A stretch of 64,000 bases of DNA, taken from the NCBI RefSeq assembly GCF_026210795.1, contig NC_089433.1:2604001-2668000 (forward strand). The letters run 5' to 3'. The translations under genes were made by a program, and so were the position numbers. Below, in pieces: positions 38,165 through 52,662 of the stretch (positions within the stretch are counted from its first letter, which is position 1; each line of letters opens with the position of its first letter). This stretch comes from Rhizophagus irregularis. Its lineage: Eukaryota. The notes beneath the pieces were generated by a model that was not told the DNA's origin, ran no database searches, and worked only from the letters and a program-made list of their open reading frames with translations.

Positions 38165-41100
38165 ATGGCAACATTTAAAGAGACCTCCTCACTTTATCAA
38201 AAGGGTAAAACTGAAGAACTAAATCCTAAAGAAGCTTCAAAACTTAAGGTAACCAATAAAGTTTCAAATGTCCTTTCTGCGGCACGTATGTTTGAAACTA
38301 TGGCAACACCTTCCATAAAAGATAAACTGGCAAAATTTGAAAATAAAGGACCAAAAAACAATGAAATATCCTCAAATATTGAACGTAAAAATAATATTAA
38401 AGGATTTGAAACAAATATAAATAAAAAAAATAACATTAGTCCTTCAAATTTTGAAAAAAAGTCCAATAATTCTCCGTCTATTTTAAATAAAGATAATAAA
38501 AATAATATTGCCATTGATAAAAAATCCACTTCCTCTTCCTCCTCTTCTATCACTGAAAAAAAAAGTCCTACCACCATTAATATCAGTAATACCAATAATA
38601 CCATGACCACTGATACCATGACCACTAATACCGATAAAATTAGCCCTAATCCCATTATTACCGATAACAAAGATTTAGTTAAAAAAGATTCTGCTATTGA
38701 CCTGATGAAAAATTCAACTTCAGAACAATCTCCACCTACTAATGCTGCCGCGGCTATTGCAATGTTGGCTTCTCGTATCTCTGCTTTAGAGGACGAGCTA
38801 GAAACTGTAGGAAAGGAAATGGTAGATAACGTAAAAAGGGAAATAGATCTAGATTTAGAATTAGATACAAAATTAAATAAAAAAGAGGAAGAGATACAGA
38901 CTGTTACAGAACCTATACAGGACAGATTAATTCAACTTGATGCTGACCTAGCCCAATATAATAAATATAGAGTTAGTGATGATAATAATGATTATAGTAA
39001 TAAAAGAACATCTTCTGACACAAAATCTTTAAGGGAGCATTCGGATTATTTTTCGGATCCTACAACTTACACTACTTATAATTCATCATCAGACATTTAT
39101 AGTTCAAAATCATTATCACGAAGTTCTCCTACCGATTTTTCAAAGTCGGAAAATGGAAAATATTCTGGTGAGGGAAATGGAAGTTTTCAAGATGATAATA
39201 GTAGTGTTAGTAGTATAGCATCATCTACTTTTTCTCGTTCTCGAGTACCATCATATGAAACAAATCGTAGTATATATAGTGCTGAGATGGATTCATCAGA
39301 ATCTTTAAAAGCTCAATTAGAGAAAAAGTATAATGAAGACCTAGAAAAAGCAAGACAAGAATTAGCAGATGAATTAGAAAAGACAAAAAATAAGCATTGG
39401 AGTGAATTAGAGAGGACAAGGAAAGAGCTTTCAGAGCAAAATAAGTGGAATGAAGAAAAAATTCGTATGGAATTAACTAATTTACATAAATCTGAAAAAG
39501 AAGAATTGATGAGAATTTATGATGCTGAAAAAGATAAGATAGGGACTGAAATTGAGACATTAACAAGAATAAAAGAACGAACTGAAAAGGAGTTAATAGA
39601 ATTAAAAGAACGTTTTGAAAGTGAAAAACAATCTATAATACGAGAATATGAGAGAGAAAAAGGACTATTAAGGGAAGAACATGAAAAACAATTAAATAAT
39701 ATTTCAAGATTACAAAATGATGCTCAATCTACAATAAATGAAATAGATGAAATAAGAAAACTAAATGATATTGAAAAAATGGAGTTAGAGAGTAGGTTAG
39801 AAAGAGCTCATCAATCTGAAAGAGAACTACTTTTAACAGAAATAAAGCAGAAGGAAGAATCTGAAGCTAACTGGCGACAATATAAAAAAGATACTGAAGC
39901 TACTTTGAATGAATTAAAAACACAACTTTCATTGCTTGGAAGTTTAGCACAACAAAAGGAAGAAACTGAATCCAAGTTGAGTAAATTGGATGAGGAACAT
40001 TCGCGTACTCTTGAAGAATTGCAAACCCTTATTAGGAAGAGGGAAGATGCTGAAAATACACTTGTTCAATTTCAGCAAGAAAAAGAAAAGATTATCCAAG
40101 ATCTTAAAAATGAACTATATAATAAAGAAAATGCAGTATCTGCATCGAAGGAGTTGCGTGATCAACTTAATGATGCTAATGATGAATTATCTAAATTGCG
40201 TCTAGAATTGTCCAATCGTGATTCAGATATCAACAAAGTTAATGAGCGCTATGAAATATTAGAAAATTTAATATCAGATAAAAAAGAACAAATTCAAAGG
40301 TTAGAACGTCAGGTTCAAATAGAGAGAGATGAAAAAAATAGAGAGATTTGTGAATTGAAAAATTTCCATCAAAGAGATCGTGAAGAAGCAATTGCCACAC
40401 TGCGTTCAGAATTAGCGTCTTCACATAGTCAAGATCTTGAAAAACTTCGAGAACAACTTATAAATGAACGTAAAGAACAAGAACGTTCTATTAGACAAGA
40501 AATGGAAAGGAATCGTTCTAATGAATTTGAGTCAAAACAGTCACGTTTAAAAGAAGAATACGAAGCAAAAATCGCCGAGTTAATACGTAATAATGAGACT
40601 CTTGAACGCAAACTTTCTGAAAATGCTGTATCTGTTAAACTTATTGAGGATACTAGTCGTCGTTTGGAAACTGCGGAAATGTCTTATTCAGAGCTTAGTA
40701 CAAAACATCAACAGTTTGTTCAAAAAAATTTGCAAATGTCTACTGATCTCATTAGTTTACGCAATAAGGTTGAAGAGCTTGAACAAAAAAACGAGACATT
40801 GGTAAAAGAAAAGAAAGTTGAACAAGAAATTTTTAATTCAGAAAAACAGCGACTAGCTTCAGATTTAGATAATGCTAAAGAAGAAATGCAGCGTATACAC
40901 GAGGAAGGTTTATCATTAAAAGGTGAAGTTAAAGAATTAGAAGGAGAACGTAATAAATTAGCTGGCGTTATATCTATAATGAAGGAAGAATGGGAGAAAC
41001 AGTATAAAAATTTAAAAGAAAAATTTCAACAGTCAGAGGTGGAAAGAATTGATTTACTTTCTCAAGCGACAGATTTTCAAGAAGAAAATCTTAAATTGAA

Positions 41101-42639
41101 AGAGGCAACCGAAAATTTAGACAAACAGAAAGATGCTTTATCGAAACTTTTGGAAGAACATCAAAATGGAATGCAAACTTTAATGAAAGATATGGCTTCT
41201 GAACGTGAAGTATGGCGACAAAAAGAAGCCGACCTTATTACAAATCATGAATCTATGGAATCTGAATTTAAACAAAAGGGATCTGAATTAATTATTGTTC
41301 GTGAAGAGTTAGAAATAGCTCGTTCTGAAAGGCAGACAATGAAGCAAAAATTAATTGATGTTGGTAAAGAAAAAGTTGCAGCAGATATTAAAGTACGCGA
41401 ATTAGAGACCGAAAAGAAAAAAATAGAAGGCGATTTGTCAAATATTTCAGAAGAAAAGAGTAGACTATCAAGTCAACTGACAGATGCCAGAAAACAATTG
41501 GATAGACTAAAGGAACAATTTAAAGATTTAAAAGATGATGATGAATCGCGTATTCTTCGCCTTACTAAGGAAAAAGAAGAATTAAAAGACAAATTGTCTA
41601 ATATTTCTAGTACACATAGTGAGGAACTTAAAGCTAAGTTAAATAAGATTGAAATTGAGTATGAGAAGAAAGAAATGGAAATTTGTCAACTTGAAACGAG
41701 CAAAAGACAGTTGCAAACGCGTATTGAGGGTCTTGAAGCTTCAACGAATCGTCTTACAATAAAATTGAAAGCAGCAGAGTCAGATGCTGAGCAGACTAAA
41801 CGAAATGCTGACATTCAATCACGAGAACTTCAAAATCGTCTTAGAGATTCACAGATTGAAATCGAAGAACTCCATAAACAAGTGACAGATCTTCGACAAA
41901 AACTTATTGAGAAAGAGCATATTGTAGAAACTCATAATAGACAATCTGCAAATAAGGATGATGTAAGACTTTCAAATGCTACAATGACCATTACGACTCT
42001 TAATAAACAGATAGAAAAATACAAAGTATCCCATGAAGTACTTGAAGAGCAAATCGCATCACTTAATAAGAAACTTTCTGATGCTGATGGTAAGGCCGAT
42101 AAGTCTATTACACAGGCCGAAAAAACTATATCTATGCTTCGTAATAAACTTGATACAATTCAAAAGGAACATACTCAAGAAAAAAATCAGCTTAAGGTGC
42201 AACAAGAGGAGGAAATTGCAAATCTGACCAAGATGTTAGAATCCATAGAAAAACGGCAGCGTAACATTTCAACTAATGATGTAAATATTGGTTCAAGTAA
42301 ATTAAGTGATTTGGAACAAAAAATTAAAGAATTGGAAAGTTTATTAAAAAAATCACAAGGGGAATGTGATCGGTTGAGTGAGACACTTGCACAAGTTCAA
42401 ATGAGATATTTGGATGCAATTAATGATAAGGATCAGTTGACGCATGAAAAACGTGAAGTTGACAAAAGGTTTAGGACCTTGGAAACCCAGTATCAAGAGG
42501 TAAATAACGTTTGAGATTTTAGTTTTTTTGTTTATATTTGTTATACTTTTATTATTCATACGTTTATGTATTTTTAATCATTTATTAATAGGTCTTGCAA
42601 AAGAATATGGATTTAGCCATTCAATTGAGTTCGAGATAG
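38165..42639 (+). CDS. Large coiled-coil protein (~1460 aa) with Ser/Asn-rich N-terminus
   Basis: Exons 38165-42499 and 42592-42639; about 1000 aa of E/K/L/Q heptad-like sequence. Confidence 0.88.
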
Positions 42640-42970
42640 GACAAATTGAAATCAGTAAATTTTTTGCTTTCTTCTTCCCCCATCTATAATAACCAACTAA
42701 TACGATTTTATTCAATAATTTATATAATTTTCTAAAAAAAAACCTCGATTATAACAACCATATTTATTAATAGCTATTTATTGTTTTAATTTACTTTGTA
42801 TTTTTCATTCCTTATAATTGTAAATTGTATTGTTTAGGAATTTAGGTTAGGCAATTAAGAAATTTAAAATGGTATATATATTAATTATAACTTAATAATT
42901 AAAATTGATAGATATTAATATAATTATAAATTACTAGATAAATAAAAAGACTTCTATTTAAGATTATAAT

Positions 42971-45900
42971 TTACATAATTCCCCAAACTAATTCTTCAAC
43001 ATCCTCCCAATTTTTACATTCTCTAATATTAGGTAGACAGCCAATTAAATATTTTACAGCACCTTCAAATTCCCATAAAAGCGTATACCACATTGCTCTT
43101 CTTTTAAACATTCTCATTGAAATTTTTTGTTTACTTTCTATTTCATCATCATTGTATTTTTCTAAAAATCTTTTTAATAATAATTTTGAACATCCTAATA
43201 CCGAAATATAAATTGGTATTAAATCAAATAGTGGATCACCTCCATATAATTGTGAATCACCTAAATCAATAACAGTTGTAGGCGTCCAATAACCTGTTAA
43301 TTCATCTTCATCTAAACCATTATGATTATTATGATTTTGATGATTAGATGTTTCCTCAGATGATGTGAGAATTCCTAAAATATTTTCGGCATTCAAATCA
43401 CCATGTAATATTCCTGCTAATGACCCATCAAGTTCTGGATTATACAATTCAAGTGGTGATGATGGTAAATATGAAGAAATTTGTGAAATTAATTGTGGGG
43501 AAAATATTAGCCATTCGGAATGAACTTTTGATGCATGTGATAGTCGACGAGAAATAAATTTATGAAATGGATGTAAGGATGATTGTTCAGCAGTTGTTAA
43601 ATCTAATGCCATACTTTCATCCACGATAGAAATAGATGGTAAACTATGTAAAGCTAAAAGGACAATTAAATTATAAATCATTATAAAATAAAATAAAGTT
43701 ATATACAATCGAATATCTCAACTTACCGTTAAGAATTTCAGCAGAAAAGTCGGCCACTTCACCCCATTTTACCATTCCTTTCTCTCCATTCACATCTACT
43801 TCATCACTGAGACTTAAGCCTCCCCCGACAATCACTTCAGCAAGACTCACTCCACCATCAATGGCGGCTTCAATTACAAGATATGGCCATCTATAATTTC
43901 TTTCACTGCTTTCATCGAACAGATAACCTGACCCTATAAGTCTGGGGAAATACCTTGTATATTTCTCGGAAATGTGATTAGTAATTATAGAATATGCCTT
44001 ACTCTCCGCATAAAATGTTTTAACACCATTAAATAAATGGGAATAAAATTTTATCACAGCTGTAGAATTTCGAAAAACCTAATATATTTATAAAAAATGT
44101 TTAATATAAAGCGCAATATTATCGATCAAAATTAAATTAAACATGAACGTCTTTACCGGATTTTGTCCATGTGAAATAACCTTTATAGGTACATTCTCGT
44201 TCAACTCACATCTTCTTAATACTTCAATTACTCTAGGTTGCCAAATTCTTAAATCACGGAACCCTTCAAGAAAATCCAGTTTGGAAGAAAATCCTTCTTC
44301 CTTTATAACTGAATCATCAGTATTATCTGAGAACATTGATATTCTACGTGTAATGAATGGTTCAAGATTTGGATAAGTCATTATAATATTTTCATGGAAA
44401 GTTTCCCATACCTAATTTAGGATGTAATCAAAAAGAAAATTATAATTTGATACTAAATTCAATGAGATAATTTTTAGACTATTTGTTATGAATAGTGTAC
44501 ATGCTTTATATTTATCTTTTTCGCCAATCAAAGATTCACAAACGTGTTCGAGGTTATGTATATTGGCAAAGTTTTGAGTAACCGCAACAGTATCATCAAG
44601 ATTAAGAACCTAAAGATATTAAATAAATTGAGATTAAAGGTAAAAGAGGCCAATACAAAAAAAAAATAAAATAAAATAAAATAAATTACCATATGCCACC
44701 AACCACTATAAATCGTCAACCAAGAAAAGAAGACTGTTAATATAAAGAATGTATTAAAGTCATATAATTTCGTTCAATAATTTATATGTTTATGATTTAC
44801 CTTGGAATAAAAATAGTTTGTCTAAAATTATTAAAAACAAAATAAATATTGTAATTAAATTTAAGTATTAATAAAATTAGATTGTGTTAAAAATATAAAT
44901 GATTACCCAGGCTCTTGTATAATCTCTAGTGGGCGCATTTCCGGAGTTAATTGAGGATAAACCTCAAGATACCAAAATAAAGAAGTTGCTGAATCCTTAG
45001 CATTTTCAAGCACATCTGTACTATAAAGTGACTGGTGCCCATTAATACCGGTTCGAGATATGCTTAAGCCTAAAAAATAAAAAGTACATGGTAAATCAAA
45101 ATTTTTATTAGCAAGGATGTATGGAAAGAAGTAGATCGAAAAAGGCAAAGGGGTAAGCTGATAAAATTCAATATTTACCCGGAGGAAAAACATGTGGTGG
45201 ATACCTAAGAACTCAAGAAAGGGTTAAATGTTAATTTGATAAAAATACATTTCAGTTGAAAATCTAAACATACAATGCCCAACGTTTTCTCCCCTCAATA
45301 GTTGTATTCCAAGCTATCCATAAAAAGAGAGATTTACAAGATTTAAGTACAAAAAATCAAAACAGAATCTGCATGACGCTCTTATCATGATATAAATTAA
45401 AAGTTTAACCTGACGTTCCAGCAGGATCAACATGCCAAGATGCGCCTATAAAAGAAGAATTATAAATTTATTCCTTCGCAAAAAAAAAACGAGATTCGAT
45501 AAATAAAAATTATCAAATCTCACCTGATCTTGCAGGACCAATTATAATCCACCGATACGGTGGTCTTTTATCTGGTAAAACTGAAAAGAAATCTTCTTGA
45601 AAGTATTTTGGCACTTCATATGCTTCAGCCATTTCCGAATCTCTATCAGCAAAATTGGCATCAAAAATATACAAAGGAGTTTCATCATGTTGAATACGTA
45701 TATAATGTGCATATGATTCTAGAGACATCGATAAATATCGATATTTTCCACCTCTTTCATTAGCTACACGGAATACAGTTTTTCCATACTTTAAGAAAAT
45801 CAAACCAAAAATTAATTTGAAGTACGAAAAGTATAAAATCAAACAAATAATAATAAATTACAATAAAACCTTCTTCAATATATTTTCCCATTTCCAATCA

Positions 45901-46634
45901 GCCCAAGCTTTCCACTTTTCAACTTCATTATTCTTTATCAAAACAGGAACAGACTGTGCATCGTACAAACTCTCAAACTTCTCTTTTGTCAATTCCACAC
46001 CATTTTCTATAGGAATCACAGAATCTGATGAAATCTCAGGTGTTGGTGTAAAATTGACAAGCAACATATTACAACGACACCATTTTGCATATAAATAATG
46101 ACTATGTTTTATAATTTCTATAAAATAAGCGGTAATTAATTTACGAAATTGATTGAAAATACAGGAGCAGTAATGAAATAGGCTAAAATACTTAAAATTC
46201 TTCAGTGTAATTATATTTACCAGGGAATTGTAAAAGTCGACAAAGTGGATGTGCCCAAACTTTTTCTTTTTCCTCACGTTCGCTCAACATAGTTGGAAAT
46301 AAATAAGTGAGTAACCAAGTTCCACGAAACAAAAAGTTTTGCATAATCTCACGGTTATCGCCCCATTTATCCAAACAATGTTTCTTCCAAAGTTGATCAT
46401 CACGAGAAAATACATAAAAGAAACGAGATACTCGAGCACAATGAGCTAAATCCTTTTGTTAATGAAATAAAAGAATTTTTCGCTTAAAATGATATTTTGC
46501 TGTAACATGTCTTTTTTATTGAAAAATTCGAAATAAATAAAAACCAGATCTGATAATTGTGCCAAAATACGCTCTGAAAATATATCATCTGGAATAACAT
46601 GAAGAGTTCCCAGGCCTCTGGTTCGAGGATCCAT
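42971..46634 (-). CDS. F-box + JmjC (JMJD6-like) + APH/choline-kinase-like protein, multi-exon
   Basis: LHVIPDDI F-box-like start; DETPLYIFD, RPPYRWIIIGPARSG, WHVDPAGTSAWN, GWWHMV; C-terminal LHGDLNAENI, VIDLGD, GDPLFDL. Confidence 0.88.
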
Positions 46635-47252
46635 TATATAAATTACAAGCTAAACAAGATGAAATAGGAAAAGGAAATATGAATTTAAAAAAACCAATGC
46701 ATGCGCAATATTCGAATGTCAATTACCGTTTTATAAATTTTACTTACAAGTTAAGCTAATGCAAAAATGAAGTCACCTCTGAACTATAATAAAAAAAAGG
46801 ATAAATGAGATTTAATTCTAAATAACTAAACAAATAAAACTACAGTAGTTATGTATCTTCAGAAAAAGTTGTTGTTCACATATCACAACATCCTTGCGTA
46901 TTTACACCAGGCATGTGCCGCATAAGATGGTATTCGAACGCAAATTACCAAAATATGTAATCATCATATGAAACTAATTGAAATATTTAATAGAAATCAA
47001 ACTTACAATATACCAAAGAATTTTTTAAAGCCGATTTACAGATGATCAATAAATTTGAATTTATAATAAGAGATTATCATGTAACTTAACATAAAAGTAC
47101 TTCTGCAGAAATACATACATATTGTATCACCAAATTTGCTTCATCAAATCAAAAGTCGTCAACGAAGAAAAAACAAGTAAACAAATTAGAATTTTTTTTT
47201 CTTTACAGTCAATATAAGCATACGTTCCTTTCAAACAACGATTCTCTGAAAT

Positions 47253-48330
47253 ATGTCTTCAAAGAATCGTTTTATTACTTTTGGTTTTTTCGTTTTCCTT
47301 TTGATCCTAGTGCTCTCACCATATGTAAAAGCCTGGGACAATGGTATGTACCTTTTGATAAGGTTTGTGTCATGGTTATAGTTGGTAAACCAATACCCTT
47401 TCAATGTTTATTAATGCGATTCACATATTTGATATTTTTAGAGGACCATGAAATATTTACACTTGTAGACGATTTAGAGGCTTCTGAAGGAAATGATGTA
47501 AATTTTTATTCTTGGCTTGGTTTAGAACCTACAGCTACAGAAGAAGATATTAATAGAGCATATAGAAAATTATCACTTGCAGTACAGTAAGTTGGATTTC
47601 CGATAAACATTATACATAATACGGATAAATTACACTTTTGTTAATTAATATTTCTTCTCTTTATTTTAGTCCTGATAAAAATCCTGATGCTAAAAGTAAA
47701 GAAAAATTTGCTCGATTAGGCAGAATTAAAACAATTTTACGTAATCCAGAAGAAAGAAAACGGTATGATTTCTTTTTAAAAAATGGAGTGCCAAAATGGC
47801 GTGGCACTGGATATTATTATAGTCGATATAGACCCGGATTAGGAACTGTTTTAATAGGATTATTAGTGTTGATATCATTTTTACACTATATTATATTGTG
47901 GATCAATTACTTTCAAGAAAAAAATAGAATCCGACATTATATAAAAGAATCGAGAGAAATTGCTTGGGGCAAAAGAATGAAAAAGCAACAAACGAAAAAA
48001 CGCGTCTTCGTAAACGATTTATCATTTATGGTCGAAGGTGATCATGTTTTTTTCTTGGCTGATGACGGGGGAGAATATGTATTAGATGAAGAAACAGTTG
48101 TTCGACCAAAAATCACTGATGTAATTGTTTTTGTGTTGCCCGGATGGTTTTATAACAATATTAAAAAACAATTTTCTGTGAAAAAAACTAATTCTTTAGT
48201 AAACTCTGAATATGAAAAAGAGGGATTCAGCAGCGATGATGATCGAAATGAGGTTGTTGATAATCTTAGGAATAAGACAAGAAGACGTAGAGGCGGGAAT
48301 AAAAGGCAAAACAGTAAACTGAAATCTTAG
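47253..48330 (+). CDS. ERJ5: ER membrane DnaJ co-chaperone
   Basis: Signal peptide ending AW; EDHEIF; J-domain with HPD split by an intron; YDFFLKNGVPKWRGTGYYYSRYRPG; TM helix; exons 47253-47343, 47442-47586, 47670-48330. Confidence 0.9.
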
Positions 48331-48549
48331 ATCATTTATTTTTGATAGATTACTAATTCTAGATTTAATTACCGACATTAATTTATGTTTTACCTTGAAT
48401 TAATTTAGAATAACTTTTTTTTGTGGGTTACTTTATTAAAAATAGATTCTGCTAATAATTTTAATAAATATAATTATATAAACACGATTTGATGCAGCAG
48501 GTTCTATGATTTTATTTTTTTCGTGACACTTACAAAATACGGTAGAATG

Positions 48550-50011
48550 TTACAAGAATAGAGTATTCCGAAAGGCAAATCTTTCTAATTTTCTATAATT
48601 CTCTTCTTTTCCTAATCTCCAAATATATTCGTTCAAATCCATTAAATTAATTTCATTCCTCCCTAATTCTTTGGCTCGTGATACAATGATTTCACAAGCG
48701 TCAACGGCAGCAGCACGTAAACGAGATGCATCTTGTATATTTGTGATTTCTTTCCCATCATCAAAATATTTTTTAAGTGATGATGTTAAATTAATTACGT
48801 TAAAATGATTTAGCATAGTCGGTATAATATTATCAGCACATAGAGTAAGATCAGATATGTCAGAAAAGTCAAAATTAGTCGTTTGGGAATTAACATTTGA
48901 ATGGAAATGGCGATAGAGATTAGCGGCGAGGAGTTGTGCTTTTTTAAATATGTACACCGCTATGATCACGTAATTAACACGTAATATAAATTAATTCATC
49001 AAATTAGGAAAAAAAAAACAATAACTTATAATCTTACGTTCTCCATCGACTTTTGTTATGTCTCGAAAAGCTGGAAAAGCTCGAACTAACTAAAAGAATC
49101 AAATCAGTCGTACGCCTAAATATCAAATAAAAGGCCATATTTCACATAAATCACAAACCTTCTCTACAAATCTAGAGGCTTTAGACTTTTCATTTGGTTT
49201 CTCAGGTTTAGCAGCTTCCAATATGAAAGCTGCAAAATTTTTGTACCCGTTTTCTTCCAGTATTCTTCCTGTGTCATTTAAAGTCCATGTGATTAATTCC
49301 ACTAAAGCTCGTGATTTTGAAGGCTCAGAAACCTTGATTGCTTCGATTGTCGGATGGACAATTTCGACTTGCAATGGTATCTGAAAGAAGGAAGATACTT
49401 CAGAAAGTGTCAATGAACGTAATGCGTGTGCAGATAATGGAGATGATGTGATATGAATGGACATAACTCCATAACGGATCGTATTAAAAGCACCCTATTA
49501 TAGACAAAATATTAGCCTTTCAAAAGAAATCCGAATGATATTAGTGAGTTCTATGAGTATTACCCTGCCACATTCTTCATGCAATTCTTTACGAAATCCG
49601 CTTCCAAAATTCAATAAACCAATTAATCCAATAATGTTTAGTTCTTGCTCTAAAGTATCGAATTTTAGCGGCATCTAATAATTTTATGTTTTTCATCAAG
49701 CTCAAACGTTCGCCAATACTAGAATAAAATGGTGAATTAATTTTACCTGTAATCCATCGCTCTTTGAAAGTTTTTGAAAATGGCTAATGTCGATATTTTG
49801 AATAAAATCTCTTATCGCATCCTCATTTATCTATCAAATAATTATTTAATATTTTATAGTCGTCGTTTTTTATTAAATGAACATAATACATTACCAAAAT
49901 GCGACTTCGTTCTCGACAGGCATGACATGAGGTTCGTACTGCTTGAACAAAATTACCCTGAGGAAAAGGGACAGCGTCGTCAATTAAGCCACTAATGTTT
50001 ATATTTGACAT
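48550..50011 (-). CDS. Queuosine-salvage (DUF2419/QNG1)-like protein, multi-exon
   Basis: LLNFGSGF, FPAFRD, FKKAQLLAANLY, DLTLCADNIIP, DLNEYIWRLG match the family pattern from memory. Confidence 0.7.
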
Positions 50012-50114
50012 TCCTTTTTGAAATTTAAAAGCTTAATTTACGGTCACGTGGAATCAAAAAAATTTAAGAAATAGATGATGAGCTGATCAAAAAAAAAAGT
50101 CCAAATTGACTAGT
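50012..50114. promoter_or_regulatory. 103-bp bidirectional promoter with E-box, RRPE-like and PAC-like motifs
   Basis: CACGTG 50045-50050; AAAAATTT ~50058-50065; GATGAGCTG 50077-50085. Confidence 0.55.
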
Positions 50115-51887
50115 ATGAAGATATTTACTGGAGACGAGACCGGACTCGTTAAATGTAAGATATTGATTTATTCTAATTTAAGCACAATTAATTTACCAAT
50201 TAATGCTTTTTTTAGCAATTACATTTTCAGAAAATTCAGATTATGCATCCTCGCCCATTGTTAAAACATGGGGAAAAATCGACAGAAGTAAAAGCATACA
50301 ATTAATGTGTTATACAACTGCTTTAGAAAAAAAGAAGGTATTGAGGTAATTAAATAATTATTTAAAAATAACTATTTTTTGATTATTTTTTAATTAGTTA
50401 ATAGTTGCACGAAAAAATGGACAAATCGATATTCTTGATACAAACGATGGTAAAATAAGCCAAGAATTTTTTGAAGCTCAGGTTACTGGCGAACATAAGT
50501 CAAGTGCGCGATTCGTGGGTTTATTTGCGAATGACAGGCAGGGTTTTTTTAAGTAAACCTATACCTAATGATAAATTACCTGACTAAAGTATTTAATTTA
50601 ACATTTAGCATATTAGTAACATGTACTGATAAGGGTATTGTCCGATATCAATCCATTTTAGAAGATAATGTATGAATGAATTTTTTGTACACCAATTGTG
50701 CAATAATAAGCTTATGAAAAAACGTACGCGTGTTTTTAATTGATTTAATTAGTTATCTACAATAGAAACAACCCTTACGCTTGCACCAGACTTGTGCCGT
50801 TTAAGAGTACATCCGAAGGAACATCATATATTTGCTTGCGGAGGCAAGGAACGAGAATTATCATTATGGGATGTAAATTCCTACAAAGAAGGGATTTGTT
50901 TTATTAAAACTCAAAAAAAAGAGCAAAAGGCAGGGTTGGTTTGGATGTCTAAAAACGTGAGCCATGATTTTTTGGATTTACGCGTTCCAGTTTGGATTAC
51001 CGATTTACAATTTCTTAGTGAGCAAGAAACAACGAAACTTGTGGTTGGCACTAAATATCATCAAGTAAAAGAAAACTACTTTATTGTGATAAAAAGATTT
51101 AAATTTTTTTTATTTTATTCAAAATTTTCATTTGTATAGATTCGAATATATGACACAAAAGCCAAGCGTCGACCAGTATCTGATTATAATATTGGGAATA
51201 ATCCAGTTGTATCATTAATTATTGGTCGCAATTCAAAGTATGGACTTAATTTCTTAATTTCTTAATTTCTTAATTTTTTTTATTGCTGCGTTTATTAACA
51301 ATTTTAAAGCGAAATATTTTTCACAGATACAATCGGTAATGTTTTCTCGGTGGACGTGAGAACAGGTATTACTTATCATTTCACCATTCTACCATTCTAC
51401 GTTAAATGATATTTGAAATTAATCGTGATATTTATTTGTAGGCAAAATATTAGGCCAGTTTAAGGGTAAGAAATTTAGAATTTTACATTACACTCATTAC
51501 ACTAGTACTATATATTACTTATTATATTTATTATAGGGTTTGCCGGTTCAGTGACTAACTTAGCGGTTGCAAATGGACCATCGTTATTGACCTCAGTCTC
51601 AATGGACCGATTTTTACGTATACATGAAATTGGAGCCTCGCGTAAACTTGTAAATAAAGTATACTTAAAACAACGGCTCACTTGTGTGATAGTTGATGAG
51701 TCTGAAGGTAAAATCTGACACATATTTTTCTAGACTTAGACTTATCTGTTCTCATATCATCTATTTTTCAATAGACAAAATCATAGGAGAAAGCAAACAA
51801 GATGCCGAAAAATATGATTCAGAAGAAGAAAACATTTGGGAAAATATGAAAGAAATTAAACCGAAAAAGAGAAAAATCAAGCACTGA
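50115..51887 (+). CDS. NSA1: 60S biogenesis WD40 protein Nsa1/WDR74
   Basis: MKIFTGDETGLVK; ACGGKERELSLWD; KNVSHDFLDLRVPVWITD; IRIYDTKAKRRPV; SMDRFLRIH; VYLKQRLT. Confidence 0.93.
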
Positions 51888-51950
51888 TATAGTTATTTAA
51901 TATTAAGATAAATTATGCAACCTTTATCTGTTGCGTTTGAGCAGAAATCA

Positions 51951-52509
51951 TTAAAATCCTTTTTTTGCCAACCATTCCTTAACTATCAAGCCGTGTCGTC
52001 CTTTAATAATTACATGATTATTTGTATGATTAACGTTAATGAAATTTTTCTCTCGGGAATAATAAAAAAGTTCTTTTCGTATGTCGTCGCAGAGAGCCTA
52101 GTTGACGAATATGTTAGTAATAGGTTTATTTCGTTAAAAAAACTGAAAATTTGAATTTACTTCGCTATCCCCTTCAATTCTGCCTATTTCTGTCAGTACA
52201 CGCGTTCTGCCGTTTTTAATGTCTACATAAACTGGCAATTCTTTCATTCGAGTTCGAGAGACGAAATAAGGATATTGAACATATTTTATTAGCTGCTGTT
52301 GTACAGGTTGTAGTTGATTTAGTGCAGAATTTTGTTTAATCTCCGAAGCCGATTTCACTACTAATTAGTTTACAAATTAATCGATGAATTCAGACAAAAG
52401 GATAATGAATAATTTGAAATATAAAATTACTGTATTTAGGTGAATTTTTGTTTGACTTTGAATGAATAAAACGAGTGAAACTTATGGGAATGAAACGGGA
52501 AATCAACAT
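51951..52509 (-). CDS. IMG2: Mitochondrial ribosomal protein mL49
   Basis: Three exons; YFVSRT..ELPVY..KNGRTR..TEI.RIEGD; IIKG....VKEWLAKKGF*. Confidence 0.9.
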
Positions 52510-52662
52510 TTTTTGCTTCTGTACGAGACGAGCAGTATACAGTTATTCAAAAATGCGGGAGGCTGATTTAGATATGTTACACAAATTTGAAAGTTGATTT
52601 TTCCGATCACTAAATTGGTTCTAACTTTTGGTCTCAAAATTTTTAACTGATTAAGTGACCAA

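Noticed and set aside
50538..50616. Possible GC-AG intron in NSA1
   Set aside because: An in-frame GT-AG alternative (50543-50616) exists; cannot be decided without RNA data.
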